Part shown: piece by piece, positions 1-12,200 of the stretch | Position numbering within the stretch: position 1 is the stretch's first letter | Layout of the letters: the number at the start of each line of letters is the position of its first letter | Assembly: GCA_004431415.1 (NCBI GenBank) | Contig: QPMI01000496.1 | Coordinates: forward strand, 558,001 to 622,000 | Origin: Cyanophora paradoxa CCMP329 | Lineage: Eukaryota > Plantae > Glaucophyta | DNA: 64,000 nucleotides | Direction: 5' to 3' | Made by a program: the position numbers and the translations under genes | The notes under the pieces: model-generated | Databases searched by the model: none | What the model was told of the DNA's origin: nothing | The model's input: the letters and a program-made list of their open reading frames with translations, nothing else

Positions 1-1895
1 GCCCGGAGAGCTCGAGCTCTGCGGAGAGCATACTCGCGAAGGCCTTGATGCTCGGCTTTCTGCAGCAACTCCTGGAGCAAGGCGGCGGCCTGCGCGACCA
101 CCTGCCCCATCAACCGGCGGCGGCAGCCGCGCCGCAACGAGCTCCCAAGGACGTCGCCAAAGCCGCACAGCTCCGGCGCACCCAGTCGAGGGCGCACGAG
201 TTCAACGAGCACCTCCGGCACACAGATATCTTCAAGAAGATTGAGGGTATAGATCACCCAGGTCTTATTCCCGTATCGCACCTTGAAGTTGATTTCAACA
301 ATGAGAGGTACAGGAGCGCTTATATAATTAATATTATTATCATTGAGCGATGCGATACACTCGTGCATACAAATTCGGCAGGAATCGTCTTGGTAAAGGA
401 GGTATGGGAGAAGTCTTCAGAGGGTTTTACAAACGATCGCCGGTTGCTGTCAAGCGGGTCCGTTCGATGACAGCGCCGCAACTGGTTGTTTCCTACGGAT
501 TCTTACATTTTCGCCGTCTGCAATATATAGATTACTGGGGGCGAAGTTGACACTTTCAAAAAAGAATTGAATCTGATGAGGTGCCATATCGATCATGACA
601 TAAATATGAATACCCTCGTTCACGTGCACGAGCACTTGATTGATTATCAGTTGCACAACGCAGCAAAATTTCCTTCCCTCACATCGTTCAGGTTTGGATT
701 TCGGACCAGTTTCTTCTGCATATGCGTATTAAAAATGATAATTCGTTATTCGTATATATGGCGAGCCGTTAGACTCGTATTCAATCGTAATGCCGACCAT
801 CGTCGCAGTTCTACGGAATTGCAATCAGTGGCCGAGATGTTCTTCTCGTTTGCGAACTCTGCGAAGGTCAGATTTATTTGGAGTTGTCCGTTGCAATTAG
901 CGTATTCACATTGATATCTGACGTTGGGGGCAGGAGGGAGCATTGATGCATTTTTGGACGGGGCCAACTCTGCGAACAAAGATTTCGACTTACGCAGGCG
1001 CATCGCAAAGCAATCAGCCCAAGGCATGGCTTACCTTCACAGCCTCAACATTGTCCACTTTGATCTGAAAGCAGCAAATATTCTGGTGTTCAGATCTCAT
1101 TACCGATCTAGATGTTTCTGCTAATTTAACATTCTTGCAGCTCACGCGGGACTACTCGGCAAAAATCGCTGATTTGTGCGCCCCTTATTGCAGCACATGC
1201 CACCTTATCGATATCGGCTTGTCCTAGAAGCTAACTCATGACGCACGCGAAAAGTGGTTTGAGCAAGGTCGTCAACAACACGGGGGTGACCGAAGTCCTC
1301 GGCGGGACGATCACGCACTTGCCGCCTGAGGTGATGAGGGGTGAAATGGCCGGCCCCCCAGCGGATGTCTACTCCTGGGCTCTTGTCTTCTGGCAGGTCT
1401 GCCCAGTCTGTGAGCTCCGACGCGGGCCCCGTTCGGCTCTGACGCGGACCCGTTCGGTATTCTCCCTGCTGCGTCTGCCATTGACTGCGGACCGGATGTA
1501 GCTCTTGACAGGTGAGCGGGATCTGTGGAGGGAAGAGTTGGCGCGATTCCTGGCGGAGCATGGCGAGCACGCACATCCTCTCCTTTTCCGTGAGTTTGCT
1601 CTCCCTGTGTGCGTATCTTGGCTCGAGGCGTGTGTCACTATTGTGCGCAGATCGGTATTTCCAAGAGAAGGTCATGCTTCAGCAGCGGCGGCCTCCGATC
1701 CCGAAGAACTCGTCTGTTCCCCTCGAATACTTCCGATTCCTTGAGGTTACTGTTATTCAAGCGTAGCACCTTCTCTTACTCTAACTCTGGCAATCATCGC
1801 AGGATTGCTGGCAGGACAATCCCAGCCGACGTCCCACATTCGATCAAATCGTGGACAAGCTCGAAGCTCTCGAGGAAAAATATCCCACCCGTTAA
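1..1895 (+). CDS. Tyrosine-kinase-like (TKL) Ser/Thr protein kinase, multi-exon, N-terminus probably outside the window
   Basis: Splicing GT-AG introns joins all kinase subdomains in order: LGKGGMGEVFRG, VAVKR, FKKELNLM, FPHIVQFYG, AQGMAYLHSLNIVHFDLKAANIL, AKIAD|FGLS, GTITHLPPE, DVYSWALVFWQ, DCWQDNPSRRPTF. Stop TAA at 1893-1895. Confidence 0.92.
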
Positions 1896-2657
1896 GCAGG
1901 TTCCGTAGCTTCAGCAGTGATTTCCGGATTCGAGATGCTTTCCGTCTTTGAAAACTATTTTCTCCTTGCCATGCCATTGTGTCCTCTAATATCATGATCA
2001 TGTACACGTGCTCGAGCTTCTGATTATTCTTGAAACAACATCATATGCAAACAAATCAAATGCATATGTCCTGGGAGGCACATGTACAGCTACAGGCTGC
2101 AGCTAAGGATGCCTGCAGCAACGGGGTGGTCGACGACGGGGACGAACTGTCCAGGGGGGCAATCGCAAAGGGGGGGGAGCGTGAGGTGTGTAGTTAACGT
2201 TCCAGTTGCGAGGAGATTTAAAAAGCGACCGGAAGCGACGAAAAGCTGCAGTCGATTCTTAGATCTGCGGGGGGTGCGGATCGGAAGGGCTGGGAGGGCC
2301 GGGGAGAGGGCCGGGAGGGCGGGCGGGCGGGCGGGGGAGGGTGGGGGAGGGGGTACTCGCCGGCCACGTGCACGATCACCTCTAAATCCGGGGCGGATCC
2401 GAAGTGGGGTTCAAGGGTGGCCGAATACGAAGTTGAAGCTAAGTTCCGAGGTAGCCCGAGGAGAGCCCGAGGTAGAGGGGTAGGTAGGGATCATCGGATG
2501 TAGAGGGAGGGGGAAGGGGGGGGAGGGGGGGGGGAAGCGGGGGGGCTAGGGGGGAGCCCGGGGCGAGGGGGGAGCCGCGGCATGCAACACGAAACGATCA
2601 GATACATGTTTATATATATATATTATGTGTGACACGATTGAAGGCGGGAGACGATCA

Positions 2658-4210
2658 CTACGCGGGAGACGTTGATGCAATCAAGTCAAGCATCCATTCA
2701 AGCGATGCTCTCCTGAGTCGGCCCTCCCGCTCGTACGTCACCTGAGCACGCATTTGCATAATATTAATAAACGCAGGGTGACAGGCAATGGCTGTAGCGC
2801 AATGCGACTGAAAACAATTGCAAGGCACCGCCTTCGTGGCGAGGGACTTGCCGAGGGCTGCGAGAACCTGCAGTTGCAAAGGGGTGATCAGTTTCCTATA
2901 CAGACTGACCAGGTCGGCACCGCACCTGCTCTTTGCTGTACCCTACTTCGGGCGGAACGTGGAGAGCCTGGATTTCAGTGGCTGCGCACGCGCATGTAGT
3001 GGGCGGAGTTTGACTTGAGAAGGGGCAGACTAAAGCTCTCACGACTTGGATAGCTAGGGAAGCCTTCACGGTACCTGCCGGTTAACGTTGTTCAGCGGAA
3101 TCAAAGACAAAAACAGCGAATTCATGGAGCGCAGACCAAATTGGGAATACTGGGCGGTTCGCAGCGACGGCAGCCGTTACTTCCATCAGGCACCATTTTG
3201 ACTCCAAGACACCTGTGAATAGGTAATTGAACACTAATTATATAAAGGAGCTCGAGCGTACGCGTCCAATAAAATGATACCTTGAGTCAAAAGGAGAAGG
3301 ACGCAACGGGAAGAAGCGACCAATGCAGCAAGATTTTCGGTGGTTCCAAGATTGTCCACATCGAGGAAAATCCGTATTCCAGGCGCAAGTTGCTCCAGCT
3401 GCAAAACAAATTAACCCACAAGCGAATGTGAACAGTAAAAACGGTAACTACGCCACACGAGGCAACATGCACGCGCACCTCCATTTTGATAGCGAGAGCT
3501 AGCGCTCCTCCGGAGACTTGGCGATGCGAAATGAAGGCATCGTACTTGCCTCCTCCAGAGGCCGCGGCGGAGCCTCCATGGCCAGGCTGCGGAAACAGTT
3601 CGGAAATGATAAGCCAATGATTAGCTTGGCGCGAACTCAGGCTGTAAACGCAATCAAAAGAGTATCCTAAAATGACAGTTAGGATCCTGACAGGGCAGCA
3701 CTGGCGCGAAGTAGAGCTTGGGCAGCTGCAGGGCGACACTGGCGAGTGGCGCGAACCATCGGAGGCGGATGCGCGGCCTGCAATCGCATGAAGGCGATGA
3801 CGGCCGAGCTGCCCTGGCTGGCGGACCCGTTCTCGACAGCCAATCGGACACTTTCTGGAAGCGTGCGGACGAGAGGGTTCCCATTCACATAAAGAGTCTG
3901 CACTCGCGTACGCGTCACCCGTCACGTGCACGTGAGCTCGCATGTTACGAGAGACGGTTACCCTCAATGAATGCAGGCGTCCCAGCTCTGGAGGTAGCGA
4001 CCCAATGTTGTTGTCCCCGAGCTTGAGCACCTCAAGATTCACAAGCCGGGCGATCTGATCCCCCGGAATGCTCGACAGGCGATTCTTGCGCAGGTCCAGC
4101 GAGCGTATGGCGCTTGCAGGACCCGCGCGCTCGATTGCTGCGGCTGGCCACGCGTCGAGCCCCATCTGCCAGAAGCTCATGGACCCATCCGCGTCCAGTT
4201 TAACAGCCAT
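2658..4210 (-). CDS. LRR-TIR protein (N-terminal leucine-rich repeats, C-terminal TIR_2-type domain with the catalytic Glu)
   Basis: LRRs: IRSLDLRKNRLSSIP, LEVLKLGDNNIGSLPPELGRLHSLR|TLYVNGNPL. Spliced TIR: YDAFISHRQVSGGALALAIKME|LEQLAPGIRIFLDVDNL...SSRCVLLLLTQG|VLESKWCLMEVTAAVAANRPVFPIW (Glu codon at 3181-3183). The 3' exons are less certain. Confidence 0.88.
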
Positions 4211-5384
4211 CTATACATATGTTCGTCTCGCGAGGCCTATGATCTGCGTTGCATACGTATACGCATAAAGGTCAAACTTCCAATGCATCGGTTATCACAT
4301 GTGGCTGTCAATCGCAGGCTGCATAGATAGCATACATATGTCATGCACGTGCACGTGTATAAATGTGCAGTGTGCACGCCTGCCGGACGTACGTATACCG
4401 CACAAGTTCAGCTGACCGTGCCGCGGTGCTTATATATATACCGCATAGACCGAATAGTATGATACATGTACGTATACATACCCTCTTCAACTCTGAACTC
4501 TGCCAGTAGAGTCTAGACGCGCCGCCTGCGTGTCGCCCGCTGAGTATGCAGCCTGATGCAGGCTGCAGCCTGGCACGCTGCACTGCAGCAGGCTGCAGCT
4601 TTTCGACCGGAGTCGACCTTAAGCTTCAAGGCTTAATTAATTTAGCCCGGTGCCAGCTGCAGTGTACATATGCATGTGCAACACACTGTGACAGCTGCAC
4701 TGCCCCAGTGTACTACGGTACTACGGTACATGCATGATGTGCAACACGGTGCCATGGGCCACAGACTCTGGCACAGACAGCCTGCCAGTGCCAGACTGTC
4801 TGACGAATTCGAAGGCCCGGCGGCGCTGGCCCGGTCACCGGGTGGCGGCCCACTGGCGGGCCCACTGGCGGCTCCAGGCTGCCGCCGCATAGGCCCGCAT
4901 GTTACGGGGGGCCTAGCCTACTAGGCTACTTCGGTAGCAGTCTAGATCTAGACAGGAGGGCGGCCCGGCGGGTGTCAGGGCCACACTGGCCCCACACTGG
5001 CCATGGCCAGTTGGACCGGGTTTGCCGAAAATTCTTATTCTATGATAACACTTGAAAATAGTGCGGCTGAGCTTTATATATCTTTTTAAAAAACTAATTT
5101 AATCCGAACCCCGATCGCGACTCGAGCTCTTATACCGTCACCCCGTCCGAACTTGCTGCAATAACCGGACTCACTCGTACCCACTGGTCCCGGGGACTAA
5201 TATTAATAATGGAACAATTACGTTGACACGAAATGTTATAATCACGAATCGACACTGGTCGAGAATCTGACGGGATCAGGGGACTGCAGCTGCGGAGCCA
5301 GTACTAGTGCGGACGCCAATAGCCGAGAGCAGTCAGGTGACCTGATTCTTTTTATTATTATATAATTAATAATAGTATAATGGT

Positions 5385-5584
5385 TTTTTTTTTTTGGTGA
5401 ATTACCGGCCACAGCCTCTAGTCTACTCCAGCACTGTGGGGGCGTGTACAGGCAAGGTGGGGCATGATCGATCGGAATTATGTGGAACGGGCGGGATTTG
5501 AAGGCGTGATTCTCATCGCAGGGCGATTCGAACACGGAAGGCATGCATCGGAAAGCGTGTATGATAACCACACCGCTATGAGCG
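5385..5584 (-). mobile_element. tRNA-derived SINE-like retroposon (~200 bp) with poly(A) tail and 14-bp target-site duplication
   Basis: Identical flanking repeats AATAGTATAATGGT at 5371-5384 and 5585-5598. T12 run at 5384-5395 is poly(A) on the minus strand. The minus-strand 5' end has an A-box-like TAGCGGTGTGG and a B-box GTTCGAATC (plus 5525-5533). Confidence 0.8.
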
Positions 5585-5719
5585 AATAGTATAATGGTAC
5601 TTTTAGACTAGTATTAGACTATTATAATTACTACGGTAGTAATATATAGTAGTGCACGTGCACGGTACACTGTGGCACTACCGTAGTACACGCCGACTAC
5701 ACCAGTCGAGCTACACGGC

Positions 5720-5826
5720 GCCGGACTCCCGGAGAGTCCCGGTCCCGACCGTCCGACGGTCGGACTCCCGACTCCCGAGTCCCGAGTCCCGAGTCGACTC
5801 CCGACTCCCGAGTCCCGAGTCCGGGG
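5720..5826. repeat. Low-complexity patch of mixed-orientation 7-mers (GACTCCC / GAGTCCC / CCGAGTC)
   Basis: Read directly: ...ggactcccgactcccgagtcccgagtcccgagtcgactcccgactcccgagtcccgagtccgg... Confidence 0.8.
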
Positions 5827-6234
5827 CCCTAATACCAGCGTGTACGGTGTACCGCCGCCCTACTCAGTGACTCATAATTAGCAGTACTACGGTACTTAGG
5901 TAGTGTGCCGACACTCACTGAGTCAGAGTCTCGCCGCGGCCCGCGAGTCTCACGGCCATCGCAGTGATCGCACAGCCTGCGGCCCAGCCTGCCACCCAGG
6001 TGCTGGCAACGTGCTGCTGAGGTGCAGCACCGTGCAGCCTGTACGTATACGGTGCACCGTACGCGTGGCACGGCAAACTTTGGAAAGCTAGCACAAGGTT
6101 GGGACGCACTTGTCTTCGAGACTCAGCGGTGCGTATATAAACGTATACAATGTTATACACACATACTTACGCCTTCAACATCGAGTGAACACTGTGCTCT
6201 AATCATGGGCATCGCCTAGATATATATACAGGAA

Positions 6235-9200
6235 ATGTCTGGTGAGGCCAGCGCAGGCCCGCCCGTTGTGGCTCGATCGAACAGCGGGATGTGGCGTGCA
6301 GCTGGGTCCAAGCCACCTGCGTCGCCGGCAGGATACGCAGCCGACTGCGCCGCGGCCGCACGGCCGACAACCCCCGAAGTCCAGCTTGCACAGCCTCGTC
6401 CGCAATGGGAAGCTCAGCGTGCGCAACAGCATATGCATGCGCAGCAGATGCAATATGGACACCCGCACTGGCAGGCCCCACCAGCCGTCAACGCCGCCCC
6501 TCCGCCTCAGCCGCGGCCGGCAGCTCCTGTGCAGCATATGCAAGCCCTGCGTCCGAGGGGAATGCCTCAGCCTGGCCTTCAAGACCGTGCGGTCAAAGGC
6601 CCGCGGGAGAAGTACGGCGACGTTTTCATCAGCTCTGTGCCTTCGGACTCAGCAACCGCATTGAAAATCAGGGATGAATTTAACAAAGCGGACATCACCT
6701 GTTGGTACTGAGCTTTTTCGGCGCATCCCCGATATATGTATACTATCACCCTGCACCTCTCACGCAAACAACAATATCCACAGGTGCAACGAACAAAGCA
6801 TCATGGCCGGGGAGAATCCTCATGCAGAAATATCGAAGGGAATTAAAAAATGCATTGTCTTTCTGTTCTGCATCTCCCAGAAAAGCGTCGACGACACAGT
6901 CTGCCAGGTGGGAACTGCGCTCAAACGTTTGGTCCCTGACACCGTAACCCCTGGCTCGCGCACAGAAACAACTCGCGCTGGCTTCCAAGTCCGGCAAAAT
7001 CATTCTTCCCGTCTATCTCCAACCTGAGCGCGAGGTGTCCCTGTCAGACGCTGCACAGTACTGTCTAGCCGAGTGCGCGCGCGCTTTCACAAGTTACTAA
7101 ACTTCAGATCCAATACTTATTATATTGCCACTTGATATCCAGAACTGCTCCTTTCGAGCTGCCAAATCCAGCGCACGCTCAGCAAAATTTCAAGTTACGC
7201 ATGCGCGAGCTCATTCTCATGATTTGCAACCACATTTCGCTTCCGCCACCACCGGACCCTGAGCTGCAAGACGACCCTGCGGAGCTTCAGAACGAACCAG
7301 CACCCGCCGAGGCCGCGGCAGCGTCGCCACCTCGAGCTCGCCCGCCGCCCCCACCCGTGGAGGTCCCGAACCCGTCGGGCCAGGCTTCGCTGCTGCCCAA
7401 TTGGCGAGAAGTTCAAACAGCAACCCCGCGCCGTCGTGTCTACTATCACAACGTAAAGACAAATGAGACGAGATGGGAGCGTCCGACAGCTGGTACCGGT
7501 GCTCTCCCTCATGCGATCTATTAAGCCTTGCTTTATTGCATATCAACTGTGATTTATCACGAGCAGGACCAAATGCGCACCCCGCGGTCGCTGACGTGGC
7601 CCAGCCTCCTTCTCCGCCTGGCACTCCTCAGCTGCCAGACGGTTGGAAGCGGCTGTACGACACGAAAGGAGGCGTCATGTTTATGAACAAGTTCACGAAA
7701 GCTGTAACCACAAACCTTCCGCGAACCCCAGCGGACGAGGCGTGCAGCAACCTTCCAGATCCCGATGCAACTGATACCACGGTTCGAATATGCAATTTAT
7801 CATGATATGCTCAAGTGCGATAATATTGGCAGGCCTCTCCAGCGACTTCTTGCGCAAATTTAGCCCTTGCCGAGCGCGAGGAGGTGGCTAAAAATGAAAA
7901 AGCAGAGGCTGCGAAGGCAGCTGCTGCGGCATCGGGATCCAGCACAACTATAATCGGCAAACTTCCTACTCCATTCATACCGAGATTCAATGAAACTGCC
8001 TCGATCAAATGCGATATAGGTGACCGTGAGCGCGACACGGGCCCAGGCGGCGACAAAAAGGACGTGGCGTACACCGTCCGCCGAAAGAAGACTGCGAGCA
8101 TTCTTTTTTCTCGTATGTTCAGATTTTATGCGCCATGCTATCGATTGCGATCTCCTCTGATCTCCAAACTGTGGCTTCCTCATCAGGCTGGTCGACAACT
8201 GTCGGAGCCGAGCCTCTTTGTGGCGATAATGTGTATTGGGAGTGCACCATCGACAACATTGGTGGGTGCGGTGCCATCGCGATTGGTGTCACCATACCCA
8301 ACATGAACTCGACGGACGGGTGTCTTGGAGACGATCAGTACTCATGGGCCTACACGGGTGCGGCCTGCTTTGACACCCGCATTTAATTTATCTCTCAATC
8401 AATATTACGGTAGGGACCCTCCGGCTTACCAATGCCCCCGGAAAGCGGCACAACAACAAGCACATTGCTTACGGGAAACCCTGGAATAAGGGCGACACAA
8501 TAGGAGTTCTTTTGGTTAGTGCGACCTTCGTAGATTTTGCGAAAATTTTCTTTTACAGTGCGAATCCAGGATAACGTGCAGCGCACCTTGTCATTCTTTC
8601 ATGAAGGTGTACCCCTTGGAGTTGCTTTCCGAGATCTTCTCACCAGCGGTCTCCGGAACGATCAGTTTCTCAGGCGGGTGATACTTATCTTTAATTTGCC
8701 CTAGGCCTGGAGACTTAATTGAATCGTGCATCGCAACAGACCCGCCGTGTCTCTCTACTTTTTCAATGAAGGCGTATCCATTCCACGGGAGATTAATCTG
8801 CCGCCGTCACTGTCCGGGGTGAGCATTTTTTGGAATACGCACACGATCGTGGACGTGCACACTAACAATTCCACCTCGGTGGCAGAAAATGTATCCCTTT
8901 GGCTTTGCGGATCCGAACAGAGGCGATTACATGAAGGTGCTCGATTGCATAAATGCGCCCGGTACTGCACACCAAGTTAAGCAAACCAATTTCACATCAT
9001 GATCGTATCAGGTGAAGGTCTCGGACGAAGGACGTGAGATGGAAATTGATTTGAAGTTCGAAAAACGGTCCCGCGAGCGTCTTTTTGAGATTGTTATCGC
9101 GGAATCGCAAGTACCTCATGTTGACTGCTGGTATTTTGAGGTGCAGTAATATTGATCATCAGATCTATTGTGTTTTATAATTAACGTTGTAACATGTCTT

Positions 9201-12200
9201 ACACCCAGATCACACTCATTAATGTTTCGCAAGAGTCGAGATTCACGTTTGGCATCGGGCTGGCCCAGTCGAGCAGCCAGCTCTCGGGCAAGTGCCTCGG
9301 CTGGGAGAGCTACACCTTCGGCTATGTGAGCTTAAACTTTCATTAGTCTTCGGTCGATTAAATTGCGAATTACAGCATGGCGATGATGGCGGGATTCATG
9401 ACGGCACGACCGATGGCACGTCGTCTCACAAGGTTGAGAAATACGGCCAGGGCGACACCGTCGGCGTTGGAATCAACCGCAGAGAGAAGAAGGTTTGCGT
9501 AGATGCTAACATAATATCCTGTTTGTCGAATTGATCGGGACGTGCACGTGGATACAGATTATTTTCACAAAGAATGGAAATCTTGTGTATGCATTGAAAT
9601 TGCGCCCTGCGCATGGCGACGTTTCAAGCGTTTACCCGGCCTTTCATGCCGGCATGGTGATTCCACGCCCTGAAACTTTTCGTTTTACCTCCTGACGCTT
9701 TCCCATGGCCAACATATAATCAGACCCGAGGCCGGGAGGATGCCCAGCGAAATGTCGTTTTCAGTGCGAACTTCGGGGAGCGTGAATTCAAGGCCCGAGA
9801 CTTGGTCGGGCTTCTGGGCATGAAGCCAGCGCTGCCCCCCATCAGCGCGGTGGGCGCACGAGCTCTATGTGAGGCTTGTACATGTGTTAGCTAAAGTCTG
9901 AGGTGCGTCGCGCAGACGAGCCTATTCTACCTCAGCGGGTCGGCTGGATCTGGGATCTATCACAGCGAGAAGGCCACGGTCGAGAGGCTCGATCCTTATA
10001 TTCCTCGATGGACCCAGATGGACAGCGTGTCAATTAATACCTTTCCTTCTTCAGCCGTTCTTGTCAGCAAGCGGTTCGTCGCTGTTCGTCAATGACACGA
10101 ATATTATTTTTGCGAATGCAAATGCGCGCGCGCAGATTTTTGGTACTCGGGGGGAGCTCGAAAAAGAAGAGCGCGTCCGGGCGCATTCAGGTGCTTCAGC
10201 GGAAAGTTTGCTCTGTTTCGTGATCGTGACCTCTTTTATCCGACCTTTTGGGATCGCCGCAGGCGTTCGACTCTGAAAGAGGGCAATGGCTTGAGCTGCC
10301 CGCGATGCGAGAAGGGCGCTCGCGATGCTCAATCGTAGCCGTCGGAGACAGCATCTACGCGATAGGCGGCGTTGCGGAGGGCAGCACCAAAGACTCGATA
10401 ATTCGACTTGCCTCCGTCGAGCGCTACACGTTCCCACCTGGGGCGCGGGCTGTGCCAACTTCTGGCATGTGGCAGAGCGTGCGTATACAGAATCTTTTCT
10501 CTCTGCGATTTCCCATCGTGCTTAAAATGCGCTGCGCTCCTGAACATCATGGAGCTCATCAGCTCGTCGCGATCGCGCAGATCGAGCCCATGAAAATTGC
10601 GCGAAGCCACATGGCGGCCTGTGTTATTGGGAATTACATTTACGTCTTCGGCGGCGTCGGAAGTGATGGGAACGTCGTTAACAGTTTCGAGATGCTCGAG
10701 ATCTCGACGGGGCGCTGGATGCCCAGCATGCAGATGCCCCAAGCCCGAGCGAGCCACAATGCAGCTGTCGTCGGCAGCACGATCTATGTCATGGGAGGCA
10801 AGGACGATGACGGGGCGACTCTGGATACGATGGACGCCTACGACTCCCTCACTCACCAGTGGAGAAAAGAGGCCTCCATGAAAGTTCCGCGTCGCTCATT
10901 CGGCTGCGCCATTTTTGAGAACAATATCTACGTTGCTGGCGGCCGCACCTCCGTTAAGTGAGCCGCTACAGATTTCGATGCTGTGACCGGAATTTTGATG
11001 TTCGTTGATCCTCGATTTTGCAGGCTATGGTCGGCGCTAGTCGAGTGCTATGACACGCGCGCAAAGCGCTGGAAAAGGGGGGTTCCGGCGCTCTCCGAGC
11101 GTCGCAAAGTTCTACTCATTGAGCTTCCCCGCAATTTCTTCGCCAAGGCCGTCCTTGCTGCACCAGCTGCACTCAAGCCCGCGACCGGTGCTATGAGTTC
11201 CTTGTTTGGAAGTGCATGAATCAATTGAACACGTAAGCAGCTGCGGGCCCAATGGCCCTCATGTCTTCGGTGGGAGTCGTACAGGCAGGTCTGTCGATCG
11301 TCGACATAATTGGCGCTACGGTCAGGCGGGGACGAGACTGGTTCGCAAACGCTTCACAGTCAATTTAAAGAAGACCACATTCTTGAATTTTAAATGCAGG
11401 AAATGGGGAGATCAGGATGGTGGAAAGGGCAAGGTGGGGAGAGTAATGGCCCAAGATGGCCCTGGCTGGTAAAGAGATCAACGAGCTATAATTTGTTCGA
11501 GGAAATGTCAAAACGTGAGCAGGGTCATCGTATCTTGGGAAGCAGGAGGCCGGAACTCCTACCGCTGGGGGAAGGACAATGCGTATGATCTGCACATCAT
11601 GCGCCTCAAGAACGGAACAGTACGCAAAATTTATTAAACTAGCACAATTTGATTGGATAGAAATAGCTGCACACGGACATGACAAGGACTCCCGCACCCC
11701 TGCAGGAACCCGTCGACGACGTTCAGAAGGGCATCTCTCAATTCAGACCCGTCCCGGAATACGAGCGCAAGTTCGATCTCAGCGAAGGTAAGAGTTTCGA
11801 TATGTCTAGATCTTAAGCCGTAAAGCGGATCCGGATCGGAGGCGAGCGCTATCCGCAGCTGGAACCAAAGTGGCCGTAAACGGAATCGAGTCGAGGTGGT
11901 GGCTTGTCGTGCATGCGAACGAAACCATCCCAAAGGACGCCGACTTTTACTTTGAGGTGACCTTATCATGATCATTATATCTTTGCTGTTTTCATCACAA
12001 GCGCTAGCGCTGACGAAAGCTCCTGGCAGACGGAAGTGCTGTCGTTTGGGAGCTCGGCTGGCATGCTCTGCATCGGGTTCCACGCCAAAGGCCAGCCGCA
12101 GGACAAGTCCGCGCTCGGCGTTGGCGAGGGGTCGATCGGCTTCCACGGAGACGGTGCGACTGTAGCCTACAGCTAGCCGCCGACTTCAAATCATCCAGAA

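Noticed and set aside
2060-2600. G-rich intergenic block as a mobile element
   Set aside because: No terminal inverted repeats, TSD or second copy could be identified in the window; only G-quadruplex-like runs are visible.
5505-5584. Possible tRNA gene
   Set aside because: The acceptor and T stems pair poorly, and the sequence is embedded in a poly(A)/TSD-bounded element, so it is better explained as a SINE head.
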